This document shows positions 27,360 to 36,842 of a stretch of DNA of 46,877 nt, piece after piece. Origin of the DNA: Luteitalea sp. (GTDB lineage: Bacteria; Acidobacteriota; Vicinamibacteria; Vicinamibacterales; Vicinamibacteraceae); assembly GCA_035503395.1 (NCBI GenBank), contig DATJTM010000487.1, forward strand, positions 1-46,877, written 5' to 3'. How positions within the stretch are numbered: position 1 is the stretch's first letter; every line of letters starts with the position of its first letter. Under the pieces are notes generated by a model, which worked only from the letters and a program-made list of their open reading frames with translations, ran no database searches and had not been told where the DNA came from. A program made the translations under genes and the position numbers.

Positions 27360-30300
27360 ATGCTCAGGCACTTGCTGCAACGACCGGGTCGATGGACCCG
27401 TGTCACGTTCACGCTCCTGACCGCTGCACTGATCGCCGGCGCGTCCGCGCCGCCCGCTCTCGCGCAGGCGGTCACCGGTACGGTCCTCGGAACCGTCACC
27501 GACAACACCGGCGCCGTCATGCCCGGGGTGACCGTCACCGTCACCAACACCGGCACCGGCAGCAGCCGCACCTACGTCACCGACAGCAACGGCGAATACA
27601 CCGCGCCGTCGATTCCGACCGGCACCTACAAGCTCGTCGCCGAGCTCCAGGGCTTCAAGAGCACCACGCTGGACGGCATCCGCATCGGCGTCGACCAGCG
27701 CATCCGCATGGACGTGCAGCTGGAGGTCGGCGCGATGACCGAGTCGGTCGAGATCGTCGCGCAGACGCCGCTGGTCCAGTCCAGCAGCTCGGACCTGTCG
27801 ACGACGGTCGAGGCCGAACAGATCAAGGCGCTGCCGCTCAACGGCCGCAACTTCGTCAGCCTGACGCGCACCGTGCCCGGCGTGATGCGCGGCATTCCCG
27901 GCTCCAACATCGACGGCGCCGGCAGCCTCGCCTGGCGCGCCTCGGCCGCCTTCTCGGCCAACGGCCAGCGCCCGCGCGACAACAACTACATGCTGGACGG
28001 CGTCGACAACAACGAGACCTGGCTGCAGACCGTGGTCATCTTCCCGAGCCCGGACGCGCTCGACGAGTTCAAGCTGCAGACCAGCACCTACTCGGCGGAG
28101 TTCGGACGCTCGCTCGGCGGCGTCGTCAACCTGCAGATCAAGTCGGGCGCCAACGCCTTCCACGGCAGCGCCTTCGAGTTCCACCGCAACGACGCCTTCG
28201 ACGCCAACAACTTCTTCAACAATCGCGCCGGCCGCCCCAAGCCCGACTTCAAGCAGAACCAGTTCGGTGGCACGCTCGGTGGCCGCATCGTCCGCGACAA
28301 GACGTTCTTCTTCGCCGACTACCAGGGACTGCGCATCAACGCCGGCCAGACGTACCTGTCGACGGTGCCCTCGATGCGCATGCGCGCCGGTGATTTCGGC
28401 GAAGTCAACCGCCTGATCTACGACCCGCTGACCGGCCAGCCGTTTCCCAACAACGTCATCCCGAGCAACCGCTGGGACCCGGCCTCGGCCGCGATCATCG
28501 CCCGCTACTATCCCGAGCCGAACACCGCCGGCAGCGTCGGTGCCACCGGTCAGCAGATCAACAACTACCTGATCAACCCGGAGCTGACGCGCAACGACGA
28601 CCAGTTCGACCTGAAGATGGACCACGTCCTGACGCAGTCGAACCGCTTCTTCGGCCGCTACAGCTACCAGAAGACGCTGCGCAGCCTGCCGGCCACCCTG
28701 CCGATCGTCGGCGACGCGGGCGCCACCTTCGGCGCCGGCGAGGGCGACATCAAGGCCCAGAGCTTCGCCTTCAACGACACTCATACCTTCGGGTCCCGCT
28801 GGCTGAACGAGGCGCGCTTCGGCTGGAACTCGATCAAGTTCTTCATGACGCCGATCGGGTACGGCACCGACCCGGCGGCGGCCGTGGGCATCCCCGGCAT
28901 CAACCTCAATCAGGCGACGTCGGCGATGACCCAGCTCGGCTTCCAGACCATCCGCAACATGGGCGCCAACAGCAACCAGCCGCTGATCACCAACCAGAAC
29001 GACTTCCAGTTCTTCGACAACGTCACCTGGCTGCGTGGTAAGCACACCATCAAGATGGGCGGCAGCCTCACGCTCCGCTCACGCGAAATCCTCAACGCCG
29101 ACACCATCGTCGGGAACTTCGCGTTTACCAACAACCAGACGTCCAACTGCGCAGGGCTCGCTGCCGGGTGCACCATCAACGCCAACACCGGCCTCGACGT
29201 GGCCAGCTTCCTGCTCGGCTACGCGACCAGCAAGACACGCAACCTGTTCGACGCCGAGACCTACACGGAGACGCGTCCCGAGTACGCGCTGTACGTGCAG
29301 GACGACTTCCGCGTGACCAATCGCCTCACCCTGAACCTGGGGCTGCGCTGGGACGTGTACGTGCCGTGGATCGAGAAGGACAACCGGCAGTCGAACTTCG
29401 ACGAGTCGACCGGCAAGTTCGTCCTCGCCTCCGACGATGCGGTGATTCAGGGCGTCAACGTCGGCCGCTACCTGCAGACGTATTCGAAGAAGGACTTCGG
29501 GCCGCGCATCGGCTTCGCCTACGACGTCACCGGCAGCGGCCGCACCGTCGTCCGCGGCGGCTTCGGCGTGTTCTGGAACTTCACGCCCGGCGGCACGTCG
29601 TCGTCCAAGGCGCAGAACCCGCCCTTCCTGCAGTCGACGGCGCTGACGACCAATGCCGGCCAGACCACGCTGCGCGTCTCCGATGGGCTGCCGCCGCCCC
29701 CGGGAGTGGACCCGAACCGCCCCGCGGCCGGCACCACGCGCTCCATCTTCGACATCTACTTCCGTGACGGCTTCGCGCGGAACTGGAACTTCAACATCCA
29801 ACAGCAGCTCGGCACCAACTACATGATCGAGGTCGCCTACATCGGATCGCAGGGCCGCAACATGTTGCTCAAGGGCGACCCGAACCAGGCCCCGCCCGTC
29901 GTCGGCGTCACCGATCAGAACGTGAACCGGCCGTACGCGGCGGTGTCACCGGCACTGCGCAGCATCGGCCAGGTGCAGAGCGCCGGCACGCTCGACTACC
30001 ACGGCTTCACGCTGAAGTTCCAGCGCCGCTTCGCCAACAACTTCTCGGTGCTGAACTCCTACACCTGGAACAAGGCGATCGACCTGAATTCCGACAACGA
30101 CGGCGGCGTCACGCTGACCAACGTCTACGACCCCGGCTACAACCGCGGCCCGGCTGACTACGACGTCACCCACACCCTGAGCTCCAGCTGGGTGTACGAG
30201 CTGCCGCTCGCGCGCGGCAAGTGGTACGGTGGCTGGCAGACCAGCGGCATCCTCTACCTGCGCTCCGGCCTGCCCTTCACGGTCACGCAGAACCAGGGCG

Positions 30301-30692
30301 TGCAGTCGACCGGCACGGGCAACCGTCCGAACCGCATCGCGGACGGTCAGCTCGACAACCCGACGATCGAGCGCTGGTTCGACACGTCGGCGTTCGTGTC
30401 GCCCGCAGACGTGACCGGCACATACGGCGATGCCGGCCGCAACATCCTGCGCGGACCCGGCCAGTTCAACATCGACTTCTCGCTGATCAAGAGCACGAAG
30501 GTCGGCGGACTCGACACCGAACTGCGCTTCGAGGCATTCAACCTGCTGAACCACCCGCAGTTCGCACAGCCGAACGGCGCGCTGGGCAATCCGCTCTTCG
30601 GCCAGATCACCGCGATGCTGCCCAACCCCTCGTGCTCGCTGTGCGGCACGACGGAGCGGAACATTCAGTTGGCGGTGAAGGTGCGGTTCTAG
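27360..30692 (+). CDS. TonB-dependent receptor, Oar/carboxypeptidase-regulatory-like domain type
   Basis: GGAGG RBS; signal peptide; GTVTDNTGAVMPGVTVT, LPLNGRNF, NNYMLDGVDNN, YVQDDFRV..LNLGLRWD, EAFNLLNHPQF; terminal Phe. Confidence 0.95.
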   Translation: MLRHLLQRPGRWTRVTFTLLTAALIAGASAPPALAQAVTGTVLGTVTDNTGAVMPGVTVTVTNTGTGSSRTYVTDSNGEYTAPSIPTGTYKLVAELQGFKSTTLDGIRIGVDQRIRMDVQLEVGAMTESVEIVAQTPLVQSSSSDLSTTVEAEQIKALPLNGRNFVSLTRTVPGVMRGIPGSNIDGAGSLAWRASAAFSANGQRPRDNNYMLDGVDNNETWLQTVVIFPSPDALDEFKLQTSTYSAEFGRSLGGVVNLQIKSGANAFHGSAFEFHRNDAFDANNFFNNRAGRPKPDFKQNQFGGTLGGRIVRDKTFFFADYQGLRINAGQTYLSTVPSMRMRAGDFGEVNRLIYDPLTGQPFPNNVIPSNRWDPASAAIIARYYPEPNTAGSVGATGQQINNYLINPELTRNDDQFDLKMDHVLTQSNRFFGRYSYQKTLRSLPATLPIVGDAGATFGAGEGDIKAQSFAFNDTHTFGSRWLNEARFGWNSIKFFMTPIGYGTDPAAAVGIPGINLNQATSAMTQLGFQTIRNMGANSNQPLITNQNDFQFFDNVTWLRGKHTIKMGGSLTLRSREILNADTIVGNFAFTNNQTSNCAGLAAGCTINANTGLDVASFLLGYATSKTRNLFDAETYTETRPEYALYVQDDFRVTNRLTLNLGLRWDVYVPWIEKDNRQSNFDESTGKFVLASDDAVIQGVNVGRYLQTYSKKDFGPRIGFAYDVTGSGRTVVRGGFGVFWNFTPGGTSSSKAQNPPFLQSTALTTNAGQTTLRVSDGLPPPPGVDPNRPAAGTTRSIFDIYFRDGFARNWNFNIQQQLGTNYMIEVAYIGSQGRNMLLKGDPNQAPPVVGVTDQNVNRPYAAVSPALRSIGQVQSAGTLDYHGFTLKFQRRFANNFSVLNSYTWNKAIDLNSDNDGGVTLTNVYDPGYNRGPADYDVTHTLSSSWVYELPLARGKWYGGWQTSGILYLRSGLPFTVTQNQGVQSTGTGNRPNRIADGQLDNPTIERWFDTSAFVSPADVTGTYGDAGRNILRGPGQFNIDFSLIKSTKVGGLDTELRFEAFNLLNHPQFAQPNGALGNPLFGQITAMLPNPSCSLCGTTERNIQLAVKVRF

Positions 30693-30733
30693 GCAGTCGG
30701 CAATCGGCAGTCGGCAGTCGGCAGTCGGCAGTG
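30692..30733 (+). repeat. Heptamer tandem repeat (GGCAGTC)x6
   Basis: GGCAGTC GGCAATC GGCAGTC GGCAGTC GGCAGTC GGCAGTG starting at the receptor stop codon. Confidence 0.9.
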
Positions 30734-30734
30734 C

Positions 30735-30922
30735 CAGGTAGGGCCCGTTGTCCCAACGCGGCCCTACCCGCATTTCCTCATTGCCGCGCCACGCAGCGTT
30801 ACCTAAGGGCCGGGCTGGGACAGCCGGCCCTACCTACAGGTCGGGACGGGCCGCCGGCCCGTCCGCCCAACAGTTCCGCATGACCGAATCGTAAGCGGCC
30901 GGCTCGGCTAGCCGGCCCTACC
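30735..30922. repeat. Cluster of four GTAG-type REP-like hairpins (BIME-like)
   Basis: Units at 30737-30768, 30806-30834, 30839-30864 and 30897-30922; 30735-30765 is the exact reverse complement of 39333-39363. Confidence 0.8.
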
Positions 30923-31796
30923 TATCTGCAGCGGCCAAGACCTTGCGATCGCCGAGCCATTCGAGGAACCGCTGCAACCACTGCCCCACCGGGCGCTGGT
31001 TGGTGGCGCGGACGCCGAAGCCGTGGCCGCCGCTTCCGTAGATGTGCAGTTCGGCCGGGACGCCGGCGCGCTTCATGCGGAGGTAGACCTCGGCGAGTCC
31101 TTCGCTGATGTCCTGGCGGTCGTCGTAGGCCGCCGCGAGGAACGCCGGCGATGTCGTCGCCGTCGGCTGGATGTCGCCGGAGCGGCCCGGGTAGATCAGC
31201 GCCTGGAAGTCGGGCCGCGCACTCTCGCGTTCGATCGGGTCGGAGGCGCTGGCGTTGCCCGCCACATCGCGCGTCGCGACCATCGCGACCAGCTCGCCCC
31301 CGGCCGAGAAGCCCATCGCGCCGATCTTCGACGGATCGATCCCCCACTCCTTCGCTCGGCTGCGTATCGTCCGCATCGCTCGGGCGGCATCGGCGAGCGC
31401 TTCGACGTCGATGCGGTACGTCGAGTTCGGCTCGCGCGCGAGACGGTGCTTCAGGACGAATGCGGCGATGCCGCGCTCGCGCAGCCACGCGGCCGGGTTG
31501 TCGCCCTCGTGCGTGATGACGAGTTGCCGATGGCCGCCACCCGGGATGACGAGCACGGCGACGCCGGTGGCCTTTCCCTTCTCCGGCAGGTAGGGCGTGA
31601 TCGACGGGCGATGGACGTTGGTGATGCGGCGCTCACCGCTCTGCGACGTCTCGACGACCTCGTCGCCGGTCTTGCCTTCGGATCCCGGTGCGGTGCCGGT
31701 CCACAGCGGCAGTTCGGCGGCCGGCTGCGCAACGGCGACGCGCGCCGCCAGAAGCAAGGTGCAGACGACGAGGGGACGGGCGATATGGACGTTCAC
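30918..31796 (-). CDS. Secreted alpha/beta hydrolase (acetyl esterase/BD-FAE-like)
   Basis: PGGGH, GFSAGG nucleophile elbow, GGHGFG; signal peptide; GTG overlaps the upstream stop. Confidence 0.88.
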   Translation of the reverse strand: MNVHIARPLVVCTLLLAARVAVAQPAAELPLWTGTAPGSEGKTGDEVVETSQSGERRITNVHRPSITPYLPEKGKATGVAVLVIPGGGHRQLVITHEGDNPAAWLRERGIAAFVLKHRLAREPNSTYRIDVEALADAARAMRTIRSRAKEWGIDPSKIGAMGFSAGGELVAMVATRDVAGNASASDPIERESARPDFQALIYPGRSGDIQPTATTSPAFLAAAYDDRQDISEGLAEVYLRMKRAGVPAELHIYGSGGHGFGVRATNQRPVGQWLQRFLEWLGDRKVLAAADR

Positions 31797-34054
31797 TCAC
31801 GGCCTCCGGGCGGCAGGTGCTCGACGAAGTAGCGGCCCACCAGGTTGTTCACGTGTGCCACCGTGCCCTCGCCTTCGACGATGGCATGGGTACGATTGGG
31901 ATAGACCATCATCTCGAACGGCTTGCCGAGGGCGACGAGGCGATCGATCAGGCGCTGCGTCCCCTGATAGTGGACGTTGTCGTCGCCCGACCCGTGGACG
32001 ACGAGCAGCTTGCCGCGCAGGCCTTCGGCGAAATGGATTGGCGAGCCACGCCGATACCCGTCGGGATTGCCTTGCGGCGTGCCCATGTAGCGCTCCTGAT
32101 AGATCGTGTCGTACAGCGTCTGGTCGGGCACGGGCGCGAGCGAGACCCCGACGTGAAAGACGTCGGGATAACGGAACAGCGCGTTGAGCGTGTTCGAGCC
32201 GCCACCGCTGTGCCCCCAGATGCCGACGCGGGTCGCATCGACATACGGACGCGCCGCTGCCAGCGCCTGCACGGCGCGGGCCTGTTCGCGCGACGAGAGC
32301 TCGCCAACCGTCCCGTACACGACCTTGCGCCACGCCGCGCCCTTCGGCGCCGGTGTGCCGCGATTATCGAACGACGCCACGAGATAGCCGGCGTCGGCCA
32401 GCGCGCGATGAAACAGCTGTCGTCGCGACCAGGCGTCGGTCACCGTCTGCGCGGCCGGCTCGCCGTACACGTACACGATCAGCGGGTAGCGCTTGTGTGC
32501 GTCGAAGTCGCGCGGCTTCACGAGCCAGCCGTCCAGCGTCACGCCATCGCCGATGTCGAGCGTGAAGAATTCGGTCGGCTGCGTGACGACCGACGCGAGC
32601 TTGCGCGTCACCGCCGACACGTCGGTCAGGGCCCGTCGCGATCGATGCGACGGCAGTTCGACGAGGTCGATGGCCGGTGGCTGGTCGAAGCGCGACACGG
32701 TGTGAAACGCGTGACGACCGTCGGGTGCCACCTGGTACGAGTGGTACCCGTCGGCCGCGGCAGGCGTCACGCGTTCCGGCGTGCCGGTGCCATCGAGACG
32801 CGAACGATAGAGGTAGGACTGCGTCGCGCGGTCAGGCGAGGCGGTGAAGTACAGCCAGCCTTCGGCCTCGTCGAGGCCTGTGACGCGCACGATGTCGGCA
32901 TCGAACCGCGTGACGAGCGTCGGTTCACCGCCCTCGCCCGAGACGCGAAACACGTGGCGCCAGCCATCGCGCTCGCTCACCCACAGGAAGGCGCGGCCGC
33001 CGTCGATCCAGCGGACCTCCTCGTCGATATCGATCCACGTCGTCGTCTCCTCGCGGAACAGGAGCCGTACACCACCGCTGCGCGAGTCGGCGACGAGCAG
33101 ATCGTGGCGGTTCTGCAGGCGGTTCAGTTGCTGGACGGCGAGTGACCGGCCGTCGAGCCACGACACACGTGCGAGGTAGTGCTCGCGCGGATCGCCGGGG
33201 ACGTCCATCCAGCGCGTCGCGCCACCTGTCGACGACACGACGCCGATGCGCACTGCCGAATTGGTGGTGCCGGTCTTCGGATAGGGGATCCGCGTCAGTG
33301 CGGGATACAGCGTGTGGGTGTCGTTGGCGAGCATGAAGATGCCGACGCCGGTCGTGTCGAACTGCCAGTAGGCGATCGCACGGCTGTCGGGACTCCAGCG
33401 GAAGGCGTCACGCACGCCCAGTTCCTCTTCGTACACCCAGTCCGACGTCCCGTTGATCGTCGTCGCGCTGCCATCGCGCGTGAGCCGCGTGATGCGGCCG
33501 GTGGCGATGTCCTCGACCCAGATGTCGTTGGCTCGCACGTAGCCCACGCGTCGCGAGTCTGGCGAGAACTTGGCAAACAGCAGCGACGCCTCGGGTCCGT
33601 CTCCTCCGAGCTTGCGGAGGCGGCCGTCGCTGCGCAGATCGAGCATCCAGTAATCGCCACGGGTGTTGTCACGCCACACCTTGCGGGTGTTCGAGAAGAT
33701 CAGCAGCCTGGCGCCATCGGGCGACCACGCGTAGTCGGCGATGTCGAGGCCCGACGCTGCGCCCGGAGGCGTCAATCGCGAGGCGGCGACGAGAACCTGT
33801 CGCTCGCCGGTCGCGGCGTCGTAGCGGACGATGTCGCTGCCGGTGCCTGCCGTCGCTGATCGTTCGACCGTGGTGTAGGCAGGCTGGCCAGGCAGCCAGC
33901 GGGCCGGACCAAAGCGCGGGACGTCGAAGCCGCGGTCGGACTGGATGGCATCGATCCGGGCTCGAAGCGTGGCGGCGACGTCGGCCGGCTGGGCCTGCGG
34001 CCACGCCGACGCGCACAGCGTCAGGGCGACGATGACCAGCACCCGTACAGGCAT
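31793..34054 (-). CDS. Dipeptidyl peptidase IV-like S9 serine peptidase
   Basis: NGTSDWVYEEE, YPKTGT, GHSGGG, DDNVH, YPNRTH; signal peptide. Confidence 0.93.
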   Translation of the reverse strand: MPVRVLVIVALTLCASAWPQAQPADVAATLRARIDAIQSDRGFDVPRFGPARWLPGQPAYTTVERSATAGTGSDIVRYDAATGERQVLVAASRLTPPGAASGLDIADYAWSPDGARLLIFSNTRKVWRDNTRGDYWMLDLRSDGRLRKLGGDGPEASLLFAKFSPDSRRVGYVRANDIWVEDIATGRITRLTRDGSATTINGTSDWVYEEELGVRDAFRWSPDSRAIAYWQFDTTGVGIFMLANDTHTLYPALTRIPYPKTGTTNSAVRIGVVSSTGGATRWMDVPGDPREHYLARVSWLDGRSLAVQQLNRLQNRHDLLVADSRSGGVRLLFREETTTWIDIDEEVRWIDGGRAFLWVSERDGWRHVFRVSGEGGEPTLVTRFDADIVRVTGLDEAEGWLYFTASPDRATQSYLYRSRLDGTGTPERVTPAAADGYHSYQVAPDGRHAFHTVSRFDQPPAIDLVELPSHRSRRALTDVSAVTRKLASVVTQPTEFFTLDIGDGVTLDGWLVKPRDFDAHKRYPLIVYVYGEPAAQTVTDAWSRRQLFHRALADAGYLVASFDNRGTPAPKGAAWRKVVYGTVGELSSREQARAVQALAAARPYVDATRVGIWGHSGGGSNTLNALFRYPDVFHVGVSLAPVPDQTLYDTIYQERYMGTPQGNPDGYRRGSPIHFAEGLRGKLLVVHGSGDDNVHYQGTQRLIDRLVALGKPFEMMVYPNRTHAIVEGEGTVAHVNNLVGRYFVEHLPPGGRE

Positions 34055-34207
34055 GGTGCGCCGCACGGTATCACGCTCGTCGAAGGCGGATGGCGAGTCC
34101 AGGCGAGCGGGTGCGCGGGGTATCCTCTAGCGGTCCATCCATGCGTGGTTATCGTCGACCCGCGGCGCAGCGTCGCTCGTGCGCGGGCCCGTGCTCGAGA
34201 GGTCTGC

Positions 34208-35623
34208 ATGAATCGTCGGTCCGCTGCGTTGCTCGCTCTCGCCCTCGGTTTTGCACTCGGGCCCGTAGCCGCCCAGGGGCCTCCTGACGCCGCGACACGT
34301 GAACGGCTCGCGCGCCTGACGGCCGACGACTACGCCGAGATGCAGCGGCAACTCGGCATCACCGGCATGCGGCCGGGCCCGAGCGGTAATCCCCAGGCGC
34401 CCAACTTCGCCAACACGGACGAATCGAAGGCCAACCCTTACACGACGATTCCCGATCCGCTGGTCTTCCAGGACGGCCGTCGCGTGCGGACAGCGCGCGA
34501 GTGGGCGCAGCGCCGGGGCGAGTTGCTCGAACTCTTCTCCCGCGAGGTCTACGGCCGGGTGCCGCGGCATGCGCCGCGCGTCGCCTGGCGCGAGGTGCGC
34601 CGCGTCTCGACGATGGTGGCCGGGCGGCCGGTGCGGGCCCGCGAGGTCGTCGGCCACGTCGACAATGCCGCGCATCCCGCCATCACGGTCGACATCCGCC
34701 TGATGCTCGTGACGCCGGCCGACGTCACGGCACGGGTGCCGGTGATGATCATGTTCCGGGGCGGCGGCCTGCCGGGCGATCCGCCACCGCCGGTGCCAGC
34801 CAACTTCAGACCGCCGGCATCACGGCCCGGCGACGATCCGCCATCGACCGAGCAGCTCATCGCGGCCGGCTGGGGCTACGCGCTGCTCAATCCGTCGAGC
34901 GTGCAGGCCGACAACGGCGCCGGTCTCCGGCAGGGTGTGATCGGGCTGGTGAACCAGGGACGGCCGCGGCGGCCTGACGATTGGGGTGCCCTGCGGGCGT
35001 GGGCGTGGGGTGCGAGCCGGGCGCTCGACTATCTGGAGGGCGACGCGACCGTAGACGCGAAGCGCGTCGGCATCGACGGCGTCTCCCGGTACGGCAAGGC
35101 GGCCCTGGTCACGATGGCCTACGACACGCGGTTTCGCTACGGCCTGATTGCGTCGTCGGGCGCCGGCGGCGGCAAGCTCCTCCGCCGCACCTTCGGCGAG
35201 GCCATCGAGAACCTGACCGGCTCGGGCGAATACCACTGGTTTGCCGGGAACTTCCTGCGCTACGGCGCCGCGCCGGACAGCCCCGGGGCGAAGACCGCGA
35301 TCGATCTGCCCGTCGACGCCCATCAGCTGTTCGCGCTCTGCGCCCCGCGCCCGGTGTTCGTCAGCCACGGCGTGCCCGAGCAGGGCGACGCGCACTGGAT
35401 CGACCAGCGCGGCGGCTGGATGGCCACACTCGCCGCGGCGCCGGTCTATCAGCTCCTGGGCGAGAAGGTCGACGGCGTGGCCGGGCCGTGGCAGACGACG
35501 GCGATGCCGGCCGTGAACGAGGATCGCCTCGACGGCGCGCTGGCGTGGCGGCAGCATGACGGTGGCCACACCGATGCCCCCAACTGGAAGTCCTTCATCC
35601 GCTGGGCCGCCTCGCGTGAGTGA
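34208..35623 (+). CDS. Secreted CE15-like (glucuronoyl esterase/acetylxylan esterase-like) hydrolase
   Basis: WGALRAWAWGASRALDYL, GVSRYGKAAL, LPVDAHQL..CAPRPVF, QHDGGH; signal peptide. Confidence 0.87.
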   Translation: MNRRSAALLALALGFALGPVAAQGPPDAATRERLARLTADDYAEMQRQLGITGMRPGPSGNPQAPNFANTDESKANPYTTIPDPLVFQDGRRVRTAREWAQRRGELLELFSREVYGRVPRHAPRVAWREVRRVSTMVAGRPVRAREVVGHVDNAAHPAITVDIRLMLVTPADVTARVPVMIMFRGGGLPGDPPPPVPANFRPPASRPGDDPPSTEQLIAAGWGYALLNPSSVQADNGAGLRQGVIGLVNQGRPRRPDDWGALRAWAWGASRALDYLEGDATVDAKRVGIDGVSRYGKAALVTMAYDTRFRYGLIASSGAGGGKLLRRTFGEAIENLTGSGEYHWFAGNFLRYGAAPDSPGAKTAIDLPVDAHQLFALCAPRPVFVSHGVPEQGDAHWIDQRGGWMATLAAAPVYQLLGEKVDGVAGPWQTTAMPAVNEDRLDGALAWRQHDGGHTDAPNWKSFIRWAASRE

Positions 35624-36329
35624 CTGGCGTCCCGGCGTCCCGTCGTCGGCGTTCCTGCGCCTCGCAGCGACGGCCTGGGTGGTCTCGGCTGTCACGACGC
35701 TGGGCCTGATCTTCCTGCCCCGCGTCTACGGCGCCGTCAGCGACCCAGTCCTCGGGCTCGAGCGCCTTGATGATCCCGCCTACCGCACCCGCGTGGTGGT
35801 CGCGCTCGCCCACCCGCTCATCGTGCTGCTGGGCGTCATCGGCCTGACGCTCGTGCGGATGCGGCGCGCGGTGGGCTCGAGCACGGTGATGCTCGTCGGC
35901 TTCCTGCTGTGGGCTGCCACCGAGGGCATCCAGCAGTCGCTGGTGCTCGTCGCCGTCAACTGGACCTGGCGGCCGGCCTACCGGGCGGCGACGAACCTCG
36001 CAGAGCAGTCAGCGCTGCGGGAGCGACTCGCCAGCTTCGCCGCGGTCTCCGACGGCCTCTTCTTCTTCCTGCTGCTGGTGTTCATGGCGGCCAACCTGGC
36101 AGCGGCGGCGGCGATGTGGCACAGCGATCGACTGGGGAGGACGGTTGCCGTGGGGTTCCTGCTGGCCACCGGCCTGACCGTGGTCAGCACTCTCACGACG
36201 TTCGGCAATGGCGTGCTCCCCGACGCTGTGATGGCGGTGCTCTATCCGACGATTCAGCCAGCGGCGCGACTGTTGACCGGCATCTGGCTGTGGCGTCAGG
36301 CGGAGGAGCCCAGCAATTTCCTGAGCTGA
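35616..36329 (+). CDS. Multi-pass membrane protein of unknown function
   Basis: About six hydrophobic segments; GTG overlaps the end of the esterase gene; the 3' end overlaps the NUDIX gene by 34 nt. Confidence 0.7.
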   Translation: MSDWRPGVPSSAFLRLAATAWVVSAVTTLGLIFLPRVYGAVSDPVLGLERLDDPAYRTRVVVALAHPLIVLLGVIGLTLVRMRRAVGSSTVMLVGFLLWAATEGIQQSLVLVAVNWTWRPAYRAATNLAEQSALRERLASFAAVSDGLFFFLLLVFMAANLAAAAAMWHSDRLGRTVAVGFLLATGLTVVSTLTTFGNGVLPDAVMAVLYPTIQPAARLLTGIWLWRQAEEPSNFLS

Positions 36330-36766
36330 TCGAGAAGCGGGACCTGTGCGGCGAGCAAGCGGATGCGAGCGTCGGGGAGCGAGAACCAGGCGGCGCGGTC
36401 GACTTCGGGGAACTCGCCGAGCCGGCCCGACCGCGGCGGCCACTCCATCTGGAAGGTCGTGCTGGTGACGGCACTCGGGTCGAGATCGGCGCAGTCGACC
36501 GCCCAGGCGTGCACGATCTTGCCGCTGCGCATCACGACGGGCACCAGCGGCGCGAACGGGCCCTCGACCGTGAAGCCGGTCTCTTCATTGAACTCGCGTC
36601 GCGCGGCGTCGAGGGGCTCCTCGCCCGGTTCGATGCCGCCCTTGGGGATGGTCCACGCGCCCGCATCCCGGCGCGCCCAGAACGGGCCGCCCGGGTGGAC
36701 CAGGAAGACCTCCAGGCGTGTATGCCGCCTGTAGACGAGCAGGCCCGCGCTGACGCTCGTGGTCAT
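36296..36766 (-). CDS. NUDIX hydrolase
   Basis: Nudix box GGIEPGEEPLDAARREFNEETG; HPGGPFW and MEWPPRSG..FPEVDR subfamily motifs. Confidence 0.9.
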   Translation of the reverse strand: MTTSVSAGLLVYRRHTRLEVFLVHPGGPFWARRDAGAWTIPKGGIEPGEEPLDAARREFNEETGFTVEGPFAPLVPVVMRSGKIVHAWAVDCADLDPSAVTSTTFQMEWPPRSGRLGEFPEVDRAAWFSLPDARIRLLAAQVPLLDQLRKLLGSSA

Positions 36767-36842
36767 TCCCTCCACGACATATCACGTCCGCCTTCGCCGA
36801 CGCTACGACAGATATGTGCGCCGGTGCTTCCGCAAGTCGCGG

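Noticed and set aside
30867-30883. CCAACA-gttcc-GCATGA as another copy of the tandem box
   Set aside because: It has several mismatches, lies inside a REP cluster between convergent genes, and has no CGTCWAA.
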